Positions 10,228-20,700 of a DNA stretch of 64,000 nt are shown here, piece after piece (position 1 is the stretch's first letter; each line of letters opens with the position of its first letter). This DNA is from a virus (Duplodnaviria > Caudoviricetes). A model generated the notes under the pieces. That model ran no database searches and had not been told where the DNA came from. It worked only from the letters and a program-made list of their open reading frames with translations. The position numbers and the translations under genes were made by a program. Location: IMG/VR virus record IMGVR_UViG_3300046167_000801, one strand, 5' to 3'.

Positions 10228-11220
10228 ATGGTAATAAATGAATTAGTTTATATCCACGGTTATGATCACCAACCCGAATTAAGTTTTTTAAAATTCCCCA
10301 ACCAAACGAAAACAATCGAACATTGTGAAACGGTTGTTGTATCACCATATGGGTTTGATGTTGATTTATATAAAAGAGACTTAATGGGTTTTCTTAATGA
10401 TGGTCGTAAATTGATAATAGATGCATCTACGGAAATTATTGGTAAATTAACTATTGATTTTGTTTTAGATCTTGAGGATTCATCTTTAATTACCATATAT
10501 GCAAACACCTATGAATTAGAATTTGAAAACGATATTAATTCAATTAGAACGAAAGGTGGTAACGTGGTTTTTTTACCATTTTTTATAAAATATATGGATC
10601 AATACAAACCTATGTATTCAGATAAAGATATTAAACATAAAGACTATTTGTTTCTAAGTGGAAAAAGTAAACCACCAAGAACTTCTATGGTTGGTTTGCT
10701 GTCTCACCACAATTTAATTGGTAATGGACATGTTAGTTTTTTTGGTGATGGAGTTACGAATAATAAGGGTAATTTCTTTTATGATAAAACATCGGATTAC
10801 CTCAACGAGGTTGGTATTACTGAAAGTCAAAAAATAAAGATTAAAGACGGGTTATCAAAACTCCCAAAAAAATTGGTTTTAGATGTCAATAATCTTACAC
10901 ATGGGATTTCACACACACGTTATTATAACGGTGATTATTATAAAGTCGTTGACTTTGTAATAGTAGTTGAAAGTGATGTGTCAGAAGGTTTACATTTTAT
11001 AACAGAAAAAACAATGAAATGTATCCAACAAGATAAGAAGTTCATATTACTCTCAAGTAAGGGGTCGCTGACAAACCTTAAACATGAAGTAAAAGAACAC
11101 CTGAATCTTGATATCACTCACCTAACAGATTGGTGTGACACATCTTACGATGAAATTGGTGATATATGGAAACGGTTGGATAAAATAATTAATATTATCG
11201 AGGATAAAATACTAAATTAA
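10228..11220 (+). CDS. Putative glycosyltransferase-like protein (GT10-like C-terminus)
   Basis: FVIVVES...FITEKTMK...FILL; same motif as the next gene. Confidence 0.5.
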   Translation: MVINELVYIHGYDHQPELSFLKFPNQTKTIEHCETVVVSPYGFDVDLYKRDLMGFLNDGRKLIIDASTEIIGKLTIDFVLDLEDSSLITIYANTYELEFENDINSIRTKGGNVVFLPFFIKYMDQYKPMYSDKDIKHKDYLFLSGKSKPPRTSMVGLLSHHNLIGNGHVSFFGDGVTNNKGNFFYDKTSDYLNEVGITESQKIKIKDGLSKLPKKLVLDVNNLTHGISHTRYYNGDYYKVVDFVIVVESDVSEGLHFITEKTMKCIQQDKKFILLSSKGSLTNLKHEVKEHLNLDITHLTDWCDTSYDEIGDIWKRLDKIINIIEDKILN

Positions 11221-11221
11221 A

Positions 11222-12700
11222 ATGAATCTAGTTTATAATGAAATATTTGTGTACGACACTCAAGGTCGACCTGAGTTTGTAAGTTCAAACCTCCCATCAT
11301 ATAATATTCACCCATGGCACACCCACCCACTACTAACTGAACACGATCGTGATGGTAATTATGAATTTATTAATATATTAAGTGATAAGTTAGGTATTGT
11401 ATTTCCCTATAAAAGAACTGGTGATGAGAGTAAAGAGATAATGGATCACTTTCACTGCTTGAGGAGTCAAAGTTTTGAGGTTTTTTTAGATCATGACGTT
11501 TTTAGACACAAAATTTATACGTTAGATGATATAAAAACGGATAATCCCGATATCAAATATATATACCCAATTGTTTTATACAATAACGAATTGTTTGATG
11601 CGTATAGTACGGTTGATATAGATCCTAAAATAATCGAGGACTCGAAAAGTGGTAAATGTAAAATATGTTTTTTACAACCTACAGAAGGTTTCTTTGGTCA
11701 AGATGACCATAATTATGTGTGGTTTGATAATTTATCTAAAAAATATGGTTTAGATAAAACTAATCTCTATATGATTACAACTAATTTAATTGCAAAAAAA
11801 CGTAAAGAGTTTTTAGAGACGAATGGTCACATAACAAAAGATTCATATACTATATTAGATTACACATATTTTGGTTGTAATCTATGGTTTCATGAGCCAG
11901 GTCAAATAACTGACCCTAAATGTGAGATAGGTGGAAGGGAGAAACTATCTGATTTTATCAAATCATCACTTACAAAAAGAAAAAAATACCATTTCTTAAA
12001 TTTCAATAGGGTGCCCAAACTACATAGGGTTTTAATTTACGGATTATTAAAAAGTCACGATATTTTTGAGGGTAAATTCATTTCATCCTTGGGTGGACTT
12101 CGTACAAATAATCCAGATGAGTATTTGAATTGGGTTGATCAAAGTGTACCTAAGGAGTATAATGATAAATGGAAAAACACCATTAAAAATTACTACAGGA
12201 ATCACGATGCGAGAGAACACTATTGGTACGATGAACCTGACTTGGAAAATAATAAGGCAATGAATTTAAATATGAAAGCACATACGGATTCATTTGTAAA
12301 TATCGTGTCTGAATCATTAACTCATGAAACGACGGTATTTTTCTCAGAGAAAATATACAAACCCATATTTGTTGCTCAACCATTTATATTGGTGGGTAAC
12401 CCCAGGTCGTTAGAGGTTTTACGAAGTCAAGGATACAAGACATTTTCTAAATGGTGGGATGAGAGTTATGATGAAGAACTTGACTACTATAAAAGGATGA
12501 ATAAAATTTTTGATGTAATGAAAGAAATTGCGTCTTGGGATATGGAAAAGTGTTTTAAGATAACTCAGGAGATGTTACCTAATCTATTACATAACTTCAA
12601 TGTCTTAATGAAGGGTCAAACACTACAAGATCTATTTAAAGAAATAGACCCTTCACACACAAAAAAACAATATACAAAAACCCATAAAACGATAATTTAA
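11222..12700 (+). CDS. Putative glycosyltransferase-like protein (GT10-like C-terminus)
   Basis: FLNFNRVPKLHR and NIVSES...FFSEKIYKPIF..QPFILVG...LRSQGYKTF..WWDESYD. Confidence 0.6.
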   Translation: MNLVYNEIFVYDTQGRPEFVSSNLPSYNIHPWHTHPLLTEHDRDGNYEFINILSDKLGIVFPYKRTGDESKEIMDHFHCLRSQSFEVFLDHDVFRHKIYTLDDIKTDNPDIKYIYPIVLYNNELFDAYSTVDIDPKIIEDSKSGKCKICFLQPTEGFFGQDDHNYVWFDNLSKKYGLDKTNLYMITTNLIAKKRKEFLETNGHITKDSYTILDYTYFGCNLWFHEPGQITDPKCEIGGREKLSDFIKSSLTKRKKYHFLNFNRVPKLHRVLIYGLLKSHDIFEGKFISSLGGLRTNNPDEYLNWVDQSVPKEYNDKWKNTIKNYYRNHDAREHYWYDEPDLENNKAMNLNMKAHTDSFVNIVSESLTHETTVFFSEKIYKPIFVAQPFILVGNPRSLEVLRSQGYKTFSKWWDESYDEELDYYKRMNKIFDVMKEIASWDMEKCFKITQEMLPNLLHNFNVLMKGQTLQDLFKEIDPSHTKKQYTKTHKTII

Positions 12701-12714
12701 AGACATTAAAACAC

Positions 12715-12743
12715 TTTACTAATACGTCATTTTATTATACATT
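12715..12743 (+). promoter_or_regulatory. Putative promoter TTT-N20-TACATT
   Basis: Variant of the recurring motif, upstream of 12768. Confidence 0.4.
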
Positions 12744-12767
12744 ATATGTATTAAATACATGTAAAAT

Positions 12768-13947
12768 ATGAACGTAGGATTTATTGGAGTTGGTAAACTC
12801 GGAAAAGACGCGGCCGAAGTAATGGCGGAGAAACATAACGTCGTTGGTTATGACATAACTGAAGTACAACCAGATAACTTTAGAATGGTCCCAACAATTA
12901 AGGATGTTTGTGAAGGTGGTAGAGAACTAATTTTCATTGCTGTTCCAACACCACACCATCCAGACTATGATGGAAGATACCCAACATCACATTTAGAAAA
13001 TAAGGATTTTAATTACGACATAGTGAAAGAAGTTCTAACGGAGGTAAATAAATATGTCTCTAAAGATCAACTCATTGTCTTAATCTCAACAGTCCTACCT
13101 GGTACTATTAGACGAGAATTTATTGACTTAATACCAAATGGTAGGTTTATATATAATCCATATCTAATTGCAATGGGTACTGTAAAATGGGATATGGTAA
13201 ATCCTGAAATGATTATCATCGGAACAGAAGATGGTTCCGAAACGGGAGACGCGAAATTACTATTAGACTTTTATAAAACATTTATTACTGAAGGTACGAG
13301 GTATGAACTTGGTACGTGGGATGAAGCCGAAGGAATTAAAATATTTTACAATACGTTTATATCGACCAAAGTCGCACTGGTTAACATGATTCAAGACGTT
13401 GCTGAAAAATCGGGTAACATTAATACTGATGTTATTACAGGAGCACTTGAAAGATCCACATATAGAATTTTAGGACCCGCATATATGAAAGCAGGAATGG
13501 GAGATGGTGGAGGATGTCATCCTCGTGATAATATCGCATTAAGATACATGGCCCAAGAATTGAATTTAGGGTATGACTTATTTGATGCGATTATGTTAGC
13601 AAGAGAAGTACAAGCAAAAAACATTGCAACTAAGTTAGTTGTTGAATCAAATAAACGTAACCTACCGATTATTATATTAGGTCAATCATATAAACCTGAC
13701 GTAGAGTATTTAGATGGTTCTTCATCTATTCTTGTTGGTCATTACTGTGAATCTTCGTATGGTAGGTAAATACAAAGTACAGTATGATTTAGAGACCCCA
13801 ATTAAAGGAATTTACTTATTGGGACATATGGGTAAACACCATGATTATGATTTCCCTGATGGGTCGGTAGTGGTGGATCCGTGGAGATCATATAAGACAG
13901 AAAAAGATATTAAGGTTATTCATTACGGAAATACTCGAATTGGATAA
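12768..13947 (+). pseudogene. UDP-glucose/GDP-mannose dehydrogenase family gene split by a frameshift (12768-13769 plus C-terminal part to 13947)
   Basis: GFIGVGKLG Rossmann motif, YNPYLIA, KIFYNTFIS, GDGGGCHPRD and SYKPDV. The C-terminal VVVDPWR domain lies in the +1 frame after GGTAGGTA at 13761-13768. This may be a real lesion or an assembly error. Confidence 0.8.
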
Positions 13948-14626
13948 TATGAAAAATAAGATTTGGTTCTTTGGTGACAGTTTCACTTATGGTGATGGGT
14001 GTGTTGAAGATCGACCACCTAATGGGGAGTATTATAAACTAAAACCACATGGTGTGTTATGGAGAAAAGGTGTTGCGGACCATTTTAATATGAATGAAAT
14101 TAATAGATCGATAGGTGGGGCATCTAATGATTGGATAATTAATTCATTAATCGACGAGTTACTAAACATACAACCTAATGACATTGTTGTGGTCGGTTTA
14201 TCATGGTCGGAAAGGTTTCAACTGATCGATAAGAAAAGTGGTAAATATATGAATTTTTTACCTCAGGATTTTATTAACCATACAAGTGAGGACACCCCCT
14301 TAGTACTTGATGAGGATGATAGTAGATATAATGTGGAATTATTTAATTCATTGAAAACGGTTTTGGTTGAGTATAGAGTACAACACGGTGAAATATTAAA
14401 AAAATATCAGTATGAACAAGCGTTAAAAATATTAAAAAAATTAGAACAATTTGGTGTTAGATTTTTACTATGGGATCTTAAAGATGTTCAGTTTCGTTAT
14501 GAATCAATTGATCATGAAATGGGTAATGGTGATTACCATTGGTCATGGAAAGGACATGAGGGTTGGATGTTAAAATGTATTGAGTTATTAGAAAATAATA
14601 AAAATGAATATATGTGTAAAGATTAA
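13940..14626 (+). CDS. SGNH/GDSL hydrolase-like protein
   Basis: IWFFGDSFT, GGASND and DYHWSWKGH. Confidence 0.75.
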   Translation: MDNMKNKIWFFGDSFTYGDGCVEDRPPNGEYYKLKPHGVLWRKGVADHFNMNEINRSIGGASNDWIINSLIDELLNIQPNDIVVVGLSWSERFQLIDKKSGKYMNFLPQDFINHTSEDTPLVLDEDDSRYNVELFNSLKTVLVEYRVQHGEILKKYQYEQALKILKKLEQFGVRFLLWDLKDVQFRYESIDHEMGNGDYHWSWKGHEGWMLKCIELLENNKNEYMCKD

Positions 14627-14641
14627 ATAACACAAACTATT

Positions 14642-16303
14642 ATGTATGCAATCGGGATCTCATCTTATTATCACGACTCGTCTTTATGTTTATTTAAAGA
14701 CGGGAAATTAATATTCGCGTGTGAAGAAGAGAAATTCACGGGAGTAAAACATGACTATAGTTTTCCTAAGAAAGTACTAAACTATGTTACAAAAAAGTAT
14801 TCTTTAACAAAGGAAAATGTAGAGGTGGTTTGTTTTTATGAAGATGTTGAGTTGAAAAGTCAAAGAGTTAAAGAATACTCAAAAAAACAATTACTAACCA
14901 AACCCTTATTATCAATTAGAAGAGTATGGGAATCTTATAGAAATAGACGAGAGTTAAAAAAACTACTACCTAATATTTCTGATAATATTTTTTTCTCAAA
15001 ACATCATCATTCACACTTATATTATTCATCATTTAGTTCTCCTTATAAAACCTCCGCAGTAGTTTCTATTGATGGTGTAGGAGAATACGACACAACAACC
15101 ATATCCAAATACGATGGGGGGGTTTTAGATGTTGAAACCATTTCATCTTACCCACATTCTTTAGGTTTGTTTTATTCTGCAATGACCTCATTCTTAGGGT
15201 TTAGACCAAACGAGGGTGAATACAAAGTTATGGGATTAACATCTTATGGGAATAAAACTAAGTTGGTTGGGAAGGTCAGTAAATTAATAAAATTCGAAAA
15301 CGGAGAAATAAAATGTAATTTAAAATATTTTAATTGGCATAAGTCAGATAAAATTATGTACAACTATGAGTTATCTGAATTATTGGGTTTGTTACCAAGG
15401 ACTCCTGACGAAAAAATAAAAAAAATACATAAGGATTTAGCATATGCGGTTCAACATGTTTATGAAAAGGTGTTGTTTGATCTTTTGGATTATGTTGGTA
15501 AAAAGTATCGGACTAGTAATTTATGTTTGGGTGGTGGATGTGCGTATAATGGGTTGGCGAATGGTAAGATATATCGAAACACTGGATTTAGGAAGGTATG
15601 GGTACCACCAGCACCATCTGATGCAGGGTCCTCTATAGGTTCTGTAATTAATTATTATATTAACAACGGGACAAATGTTGAGATACCCAATACCCCGTTT
15701 TTGGGTCCATCGTACACCGTAAATTCAAAATCCAAGAAACAGTTGGGTGATAGGAAGACCATGTATCTTAGTAATAAAAATTTATATAGAATAGTTGCCA
15801 AACAAATAAGAAAGGGTAAAGTCGTCGGTTGGTTTAGGAATGAAATAGAATTTGGTGCAAGAGCATTGGGGAATAGATCAATTTTAGCCGACCCTACAAA
15901 CCCTAAAATGAAGGATAGAATAAATAAAATGGTAAAAAGGAGGGAAGGATTTAGACCTTTTGCACCTATGGTAACTAAAGAAAGACAACATGAATATTTT
16001 ATAATGAATGACGATTTGAGATATATGAATCAAGTTGTTGAGGTTCGTGACCGATATAGGGATGTTCTTGTCTCCACAACCCATGTTGACGGTACCGCAC
16101 GAGTACAAACAGTTTATCATGATAATGACATACATAATCTTTTAAGGGAATTCGAGTTTTTAACGTCACACCCTGTACTGTTAAACACATCATTCAACAT
16201 TAAAGATAAGACAATGGTCTTAACCCCTAAAGACGCATTAGATACTTTTGACTCAACAGACATTGATGTATTAGTCTTAAATAATATCGTAATTTTTAAA
16301 TAA
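14642..16303 (+). CDS. Carbamoyltransferase (NodU/CmcH family)
   Basis: YHDSS, EEEKF..KHD..FP, DGVGE, GEYKVMGL, PAPSDAG, EFGARALGNRSILADP, FRPFAP, HVDGTARVQT and LNTSFN. Confidence 0.95.
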   Translation: MYAIGISSYYHDSSLCLFKDGKLIFACEEEKFTGVKHDYSFPKKVLNYVTKKYSLTKENVEVVCFYEDVELKSQRVKEYSKKQLLTKPLLSIRRVWESYRNRRELKKLLPNISDNIFFSKHHHSHLYYSSFSSPYKTSAVVSIDGVGEYDTTTISKYDGGVLDVETISSYPHSLGLFYSAMTSFLGFRPNEGEYKVMGLTSYGNKTKLVGKVSKLIKFENGEIKCNLKYFNWHKSDKIMYNYELSELLGLLPRTPDEKIKKIHKDLAYAVQHVYEKVLFDLLDYVGKKYRTSNLCLGGGCAYNGLANGKIYRNTGFRKVWVPPAPSDAGSSIGSVINYYINNGTNVEIPNTPFLGPSYTVNSKSKKQLGDRKTMYLSNKNLYRIVAKQIRKGKVVGWFRNEIEFGARALGNRSILADPTNPKMKDRINKMVKRREGFRPFAPMVTKERQHEYFIMNDDLRYMNQVVEVRDRYRDVLVSTTHVDGTARVQTVYHDNDIHNLLREFEFLTSHPVLLNTSFNIKDKTMVLTPKDALDTFDSTDIDVLVLNNIVIFK

Positions 16304-16422
16304 TGTTTAGAAAAATAATTAGATGGTTTAAGGACCGAAAAGAAAAGAAAAAAAGAGAGTTAAGATATAAGGAAAAAATAGAGAGGTTAAAAAAACAAGA
16401 CCCATTTACCTATAAGCATTAG
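16303..16422 (+). CDS. 39-aa basic microprotein MFRKIIRWFKDRKEKKKRELRYKEKIERLKKQDPFTYKH (not in ORF track)
   Basis: Its ATG overlaps the carbamoyltransferase stop (TAATG) and it exactly fills the gap to 16424. Confidence 0.75.
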   Translation: MFRKIIRWFKDRKEKKKRELRYKEKIERLKKQDPFTYKH

Positions 16423-16423
16423 T

Positions 16424-17692
16424 ATGAAAGTAATTCACACATACATAGACAAACAAAACTTAATATGGAAAGAGTTATTATACACTCAATATTTAAGTGC
16501 CATTTTAGCCAAAAAACATTATGGAAGTATAAGTTTCTACGGTGATGAAATTTCATGTAAACAAATAAAAGATATTGGCATACCTTACGATGAGATAAAT
16601 CATGACATACTCGTCAAAGGAGATACGGACACGTGGAGTATTCCAAAAATAAAGGTATATGAATCAATAAAAGAACCTTTTCTTCATATTGATACCGACA
16701 CATTACTCTTTAATAAAATATTATTGGATAGATATGATAGTGACTATATTTTTAGTCACAGGGATATGTTTATTGATGGTAAGGGTGAGACACTCAAGAA
16801 CCTTTTTATTTATTGGTTTTGTAATTTGGATGAAAAGGAGATGGATCAAAATAAATACCCTTTTAGATCCTTAGTGAAAGACAGTAACAATAAGATACCT
16901 AAAATAATTTTAGAAAAAACGTCAAAAGATATGGATTACCCCCATGTCGATAGAACTTACAGTAAATTGTTCTTCGATTTGATGGAAAATATGAGTGATA
17001 AGGTCTTTGATGAAGTTCACTTTGAATCTATACCAAACATGAACATTACGTACGTAAGAAACCATGAAACCTTTGGTAAAGTATGTAGGGAAACCCTAAA
17101 TCATTATTATTCAAATAAAAAAAGGATAGACGATGAGGTTTACGGTTCTTGTTATATAGAACAACTAATGTTACACACAAATTTAAGATTGCATGATAAA
17201 AAATATAAAAAATCAAGTAAGAAAGGGAACAATTTCGTATTTGATGATATACCCTTATCAATCGTAGACGCTCACAATAACGTACCTGATATTAATAGTG
17301 TAAAGTTTCCATTTAAACTAAAAGTAAACAATAATGATCATTTTAAATTTGATTGTTGCGACCGCGTGATAATATCCCCTCTATCTAAAACCAAAAAAAA
17401 ACCTGATGACTCCTATGAATTAATTATTAATGATATTGATGACATTAAAAATTATTTTGATCATGAGTTTAATGGTTTTTTTCATACCACATATATGAAA
17501 TGGTATGATATTATACAAGTTATCATAATTGACAAACTAAGAAAGGAGATCGGAGATGACGAGATAAGGAGAATACATGACTATTTTAGAAAACATTACC
17601 CTTCAAGAGGATTACCAACTACTTCCAACGGAGAAAGACTCTACACAAGACTTACCGGGTTTAAATTTCATGGAACCACATCATTAATTTAG
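16424..17692 (+). CDS. DUF6734-like putative GT-A fold protein
   Basis: LSAILAKKHYG...IPYDEI...WSIPKIKVY...PFLHIDTD (DxD). Confidence 0.6.
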   Translation: MKVIHTYIDKQNLIWKELLYTQYLSAILAKKHYGSISFYGDEISCKQIKDIGIPYDEINHDILVKGDTDTWSIPKIKVYESIKEPFLHIDTDTLLFNKILLDRYDSDYIFSHRDMFIDGKGETLKNLFIYWFCNLDEKEMDQNKYPFRSLVKDSNNKIPKIILEKTSKDMDYPHVDRTYSKLFFDLMENMSDKVFDEVHFESIPNMNITYVRNHETFGKVCRETLNHYYSNKKRIDDEVYGSCYIEQLMLHTNLRLHDKKYKKSSKKGNNFVFDDIPLSIVDAHNNVPDINSVKFPFKLKVNNNDHFKFDCCDRVIISPLSKTKKKPDDSYELIINDIDDIKNYFDHEFNGFFHTTYMKWYDIIQVIIIDKLRKEIGDDEIRRIHDYFRKHYPSRGLPTTSNGERLYTRLTGFKFHGTTSLI

Positions 17693-17752
17693 AAAAAATA
17701 TATTTAGTCCTTATAAATCTCATCAAAACCAAATTACTATTGAATTATAAAG

Positions 17753-17759
17753 TATTTAT
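17753..17759 (+). promoter_or_regulatory. Putative late-promoter motif (AAG)TATTTAT
   Basis: 24 nt upstream of the fibre gene; recurs before other probable virion genes. Confidence 0.4.
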
Positions 17760-17783
17760 CTAATAAGAAAAACGTTTTTATAG

Positions 17784-20700
17784 ATGAATATATTTGATCC
17801 ACACATTACAGGATCCCTATCCGTTTCCGCATCTGCAGAAATACAAGGGGATTTAACAGTACAAGGAACTATCTATGGTACTGCACAGATTGACGGAAGT
17901 GTTGATAATGCAATAAGTGCATCACACGCCGCCTCCTACTTACTCACATCAAGTTTTAATGATTATAAAAATACCGCAGCTACTACTGGAAGTAATATAT
18001 TCATTGGGGATCAAACAATTAGTGGATCGTTGTTACCTCAAGGAACACTTACTCATGATTTGGGTAGCGACACTAAAAGATGGAATGATATATATTTAGC
18101 GGGAAGTACTATCGATTTGGGTGGTACAAAAATAACTAAGAATAGTGATGGTGATGTACAACTTCACGATAGTGGTAATACTTTAAAAAGATTAATTGCA
18201 TCTGAAATTGAGTTAGGTCACGGATCGAACAAGAAAGTTCTTAAAGTAAATAATGGTCGTTTAAAGTTAATGGCCACTAACGACAGTGATGAAGAGTTAG
18301 CCCAATTATCGGGTTCGTTCACTGGTTCTTTTAGAGGAGATGGTAGTGGTTTAATTAATGTTCCCGCAAGTGGGGTTACGGGTCTAAGTTTAGATCGGAT
18401 TGCAAGTACAACAGCAACCGCGTCGATATCCTCAGACAGTTTGATAACTAATGTTTCAATTATACCTAGTATCACAAATACAATTGATTTAGGTGCACCC
18501 GACAAGGAGTGGAGAGATTTATATCTTTCATCAGGGTCATTATATATAAATGGACAACAAGTACTTTCAACTACAGGTACTGAATTAAGAGTCACTACAG
18601 ATAGTGGTGAATCAATAAAAATATTAGAAACGGGTTCTGATACTATCACACTACAAACAGTTGATGGTGATATTACATTAAGTTCTTCAGGAACGGGTAA
18701 TATAGAATTAGATGCACCTATACAAATAACGGCGGGTAATAAAATAATATCTTCAGACGGAAACTCAATTGTTTTTGGTAATGGATTGATTATTACTGGT
18801 AGTATTGGATTAACAGGTACTGTCGATGGGGTTGATGTGGCATCACTAAAAACAGATGTAGACGCTATTTTAGATTCTTCTGAAGCCGATAAAGATTCGT
18901 TTGCTGAAATCGTAGGATTAATCAATAGCGTTGATACTGCGAATGACCAAGCATTTGCGGCACATTATACCGCAAGTAATAATAGACTTAGTTCATTAGA
19001 AACAACTAGTGGTTCACATGATGGGAGATTAAGTTCATTAGAAACAACGAGTGGTTCACACTCATCTAAATTAAACTCTTTAGAATTAGCGTCAGGTTCT
19101 ATAATTGAAAGGTTAGGGGAGATAGAGTTTATTACGGGATCACATGACGGTAGGTTAGATGGATTAGAAACATTTACGGGTAGTGTGGATGGTACTATAA
19201 GGTCTGACTTTAATAGTTATACCTCATCCAACGACTCAACTAATACAAATCAAAATAGTAGATTAGGTAGTTTAGAAACCAAAAGTGGTTCTTTAAATAC
19301 CGATATTAAATCAAAACTAAATACGGAAAATGTTGTTTCAGGTTCTGAGTTTGTTTTAAATTCAACCTCACCAATAACACAATATGTTGATGTTACCGTA
19401 ACTGCAAGTGGTGGTGTATATTATATAGATGGTGTAGAACAACAAATTGTCTCATTAGCGAAAGGACTAGTTTATAGGTTTGATGTGTCAGACTCTTCAA
19501 ATGCAGGACATCCATTTAGATTCTCAACGACAGATAACAATCAATACACAGATGGTGTAACTGTAAATGGTACTGAAGGTAGATCAGGGGCATACGTTCA
19601 AATTATTGTAAATCAAGACACACCACAAACACTATTATACTATTGTACCAATCATAATGGTATGGGTAATAAAGTTTTCGTCGGTGGAGCTGGTGACACA
19701 GACTCAATTACAGAAGGATCAACTAACCTTTACTATACGGATGCTAGAGTTAAATCCAAATTAAATACGGAAACTGTTATTAGTGGTTCTGAACAAGTTG
19801 ATATAACAAATACTACAAATTATAATTTAGTTACCAATAGAATTGGTTCTTTAGAATCATTCACTGCGAGTATTGATGATACATATGCGAGTGATACTGA
19901 TGTAACAACTCTTAGGAATGATTTAAATACCTATACATCATCTAATGATTCTACGAATACAAATCAAAATAGTAGATTAGGTAGTTTAGAAACCAAAAGT
20001 GGTTCACACGATGGTAGATTAGATAGTATAGAATCATTCACAAGTAGTATTGATGATACTTACGCAACTGATACTGATGTAACAACTCTTAGGAATGATT
20101 TAAATACCTATACATCATCCAACGATTCAACCAATACATCACAAAATAATAGATTAGGTTCATTAGAAACCAAAACAGGTAGTTTAGATAGCGATATAAC
20201 TGATCTAAGGGGTGATTTAAATACCTACACGTCTTCAAACGAAACAGATAAACAAAACTTAAGTGGTAGGGTAGATTCTTTAGAGACTAAAACTGGGAGT
20301 TTAACAACCGATATAAATACTTTAGATGGTAGGGTTGATTCCATAGAGTCATTTACCGCAAGTATTGATGATACTTATGCTACTGACACAGATGTAACTA
20401 ACCTAACCAACAGAGTTGGTAGTTTAGAAACCAAAAGTGGTTCATTAGAAACTACGAATACTACTCAGAATAATAGATTAGGGTCACTTGAAACAACTTC
20501 AGGTTCTCATGACGGAAGGTTAGATTCATTAGAAACCAAGACAGGTAGTTTAGATACCACCAATACCAATCAAGACGGTAGATTAGATTCAATAGAATCA
20601 TTCACTGCGAGTATTGATGATACATATGCGAGTGATACAGATGTTACTACATTAAGAAATGATTTAAATACTTATACCTCATCTAACAACACAACCAACC

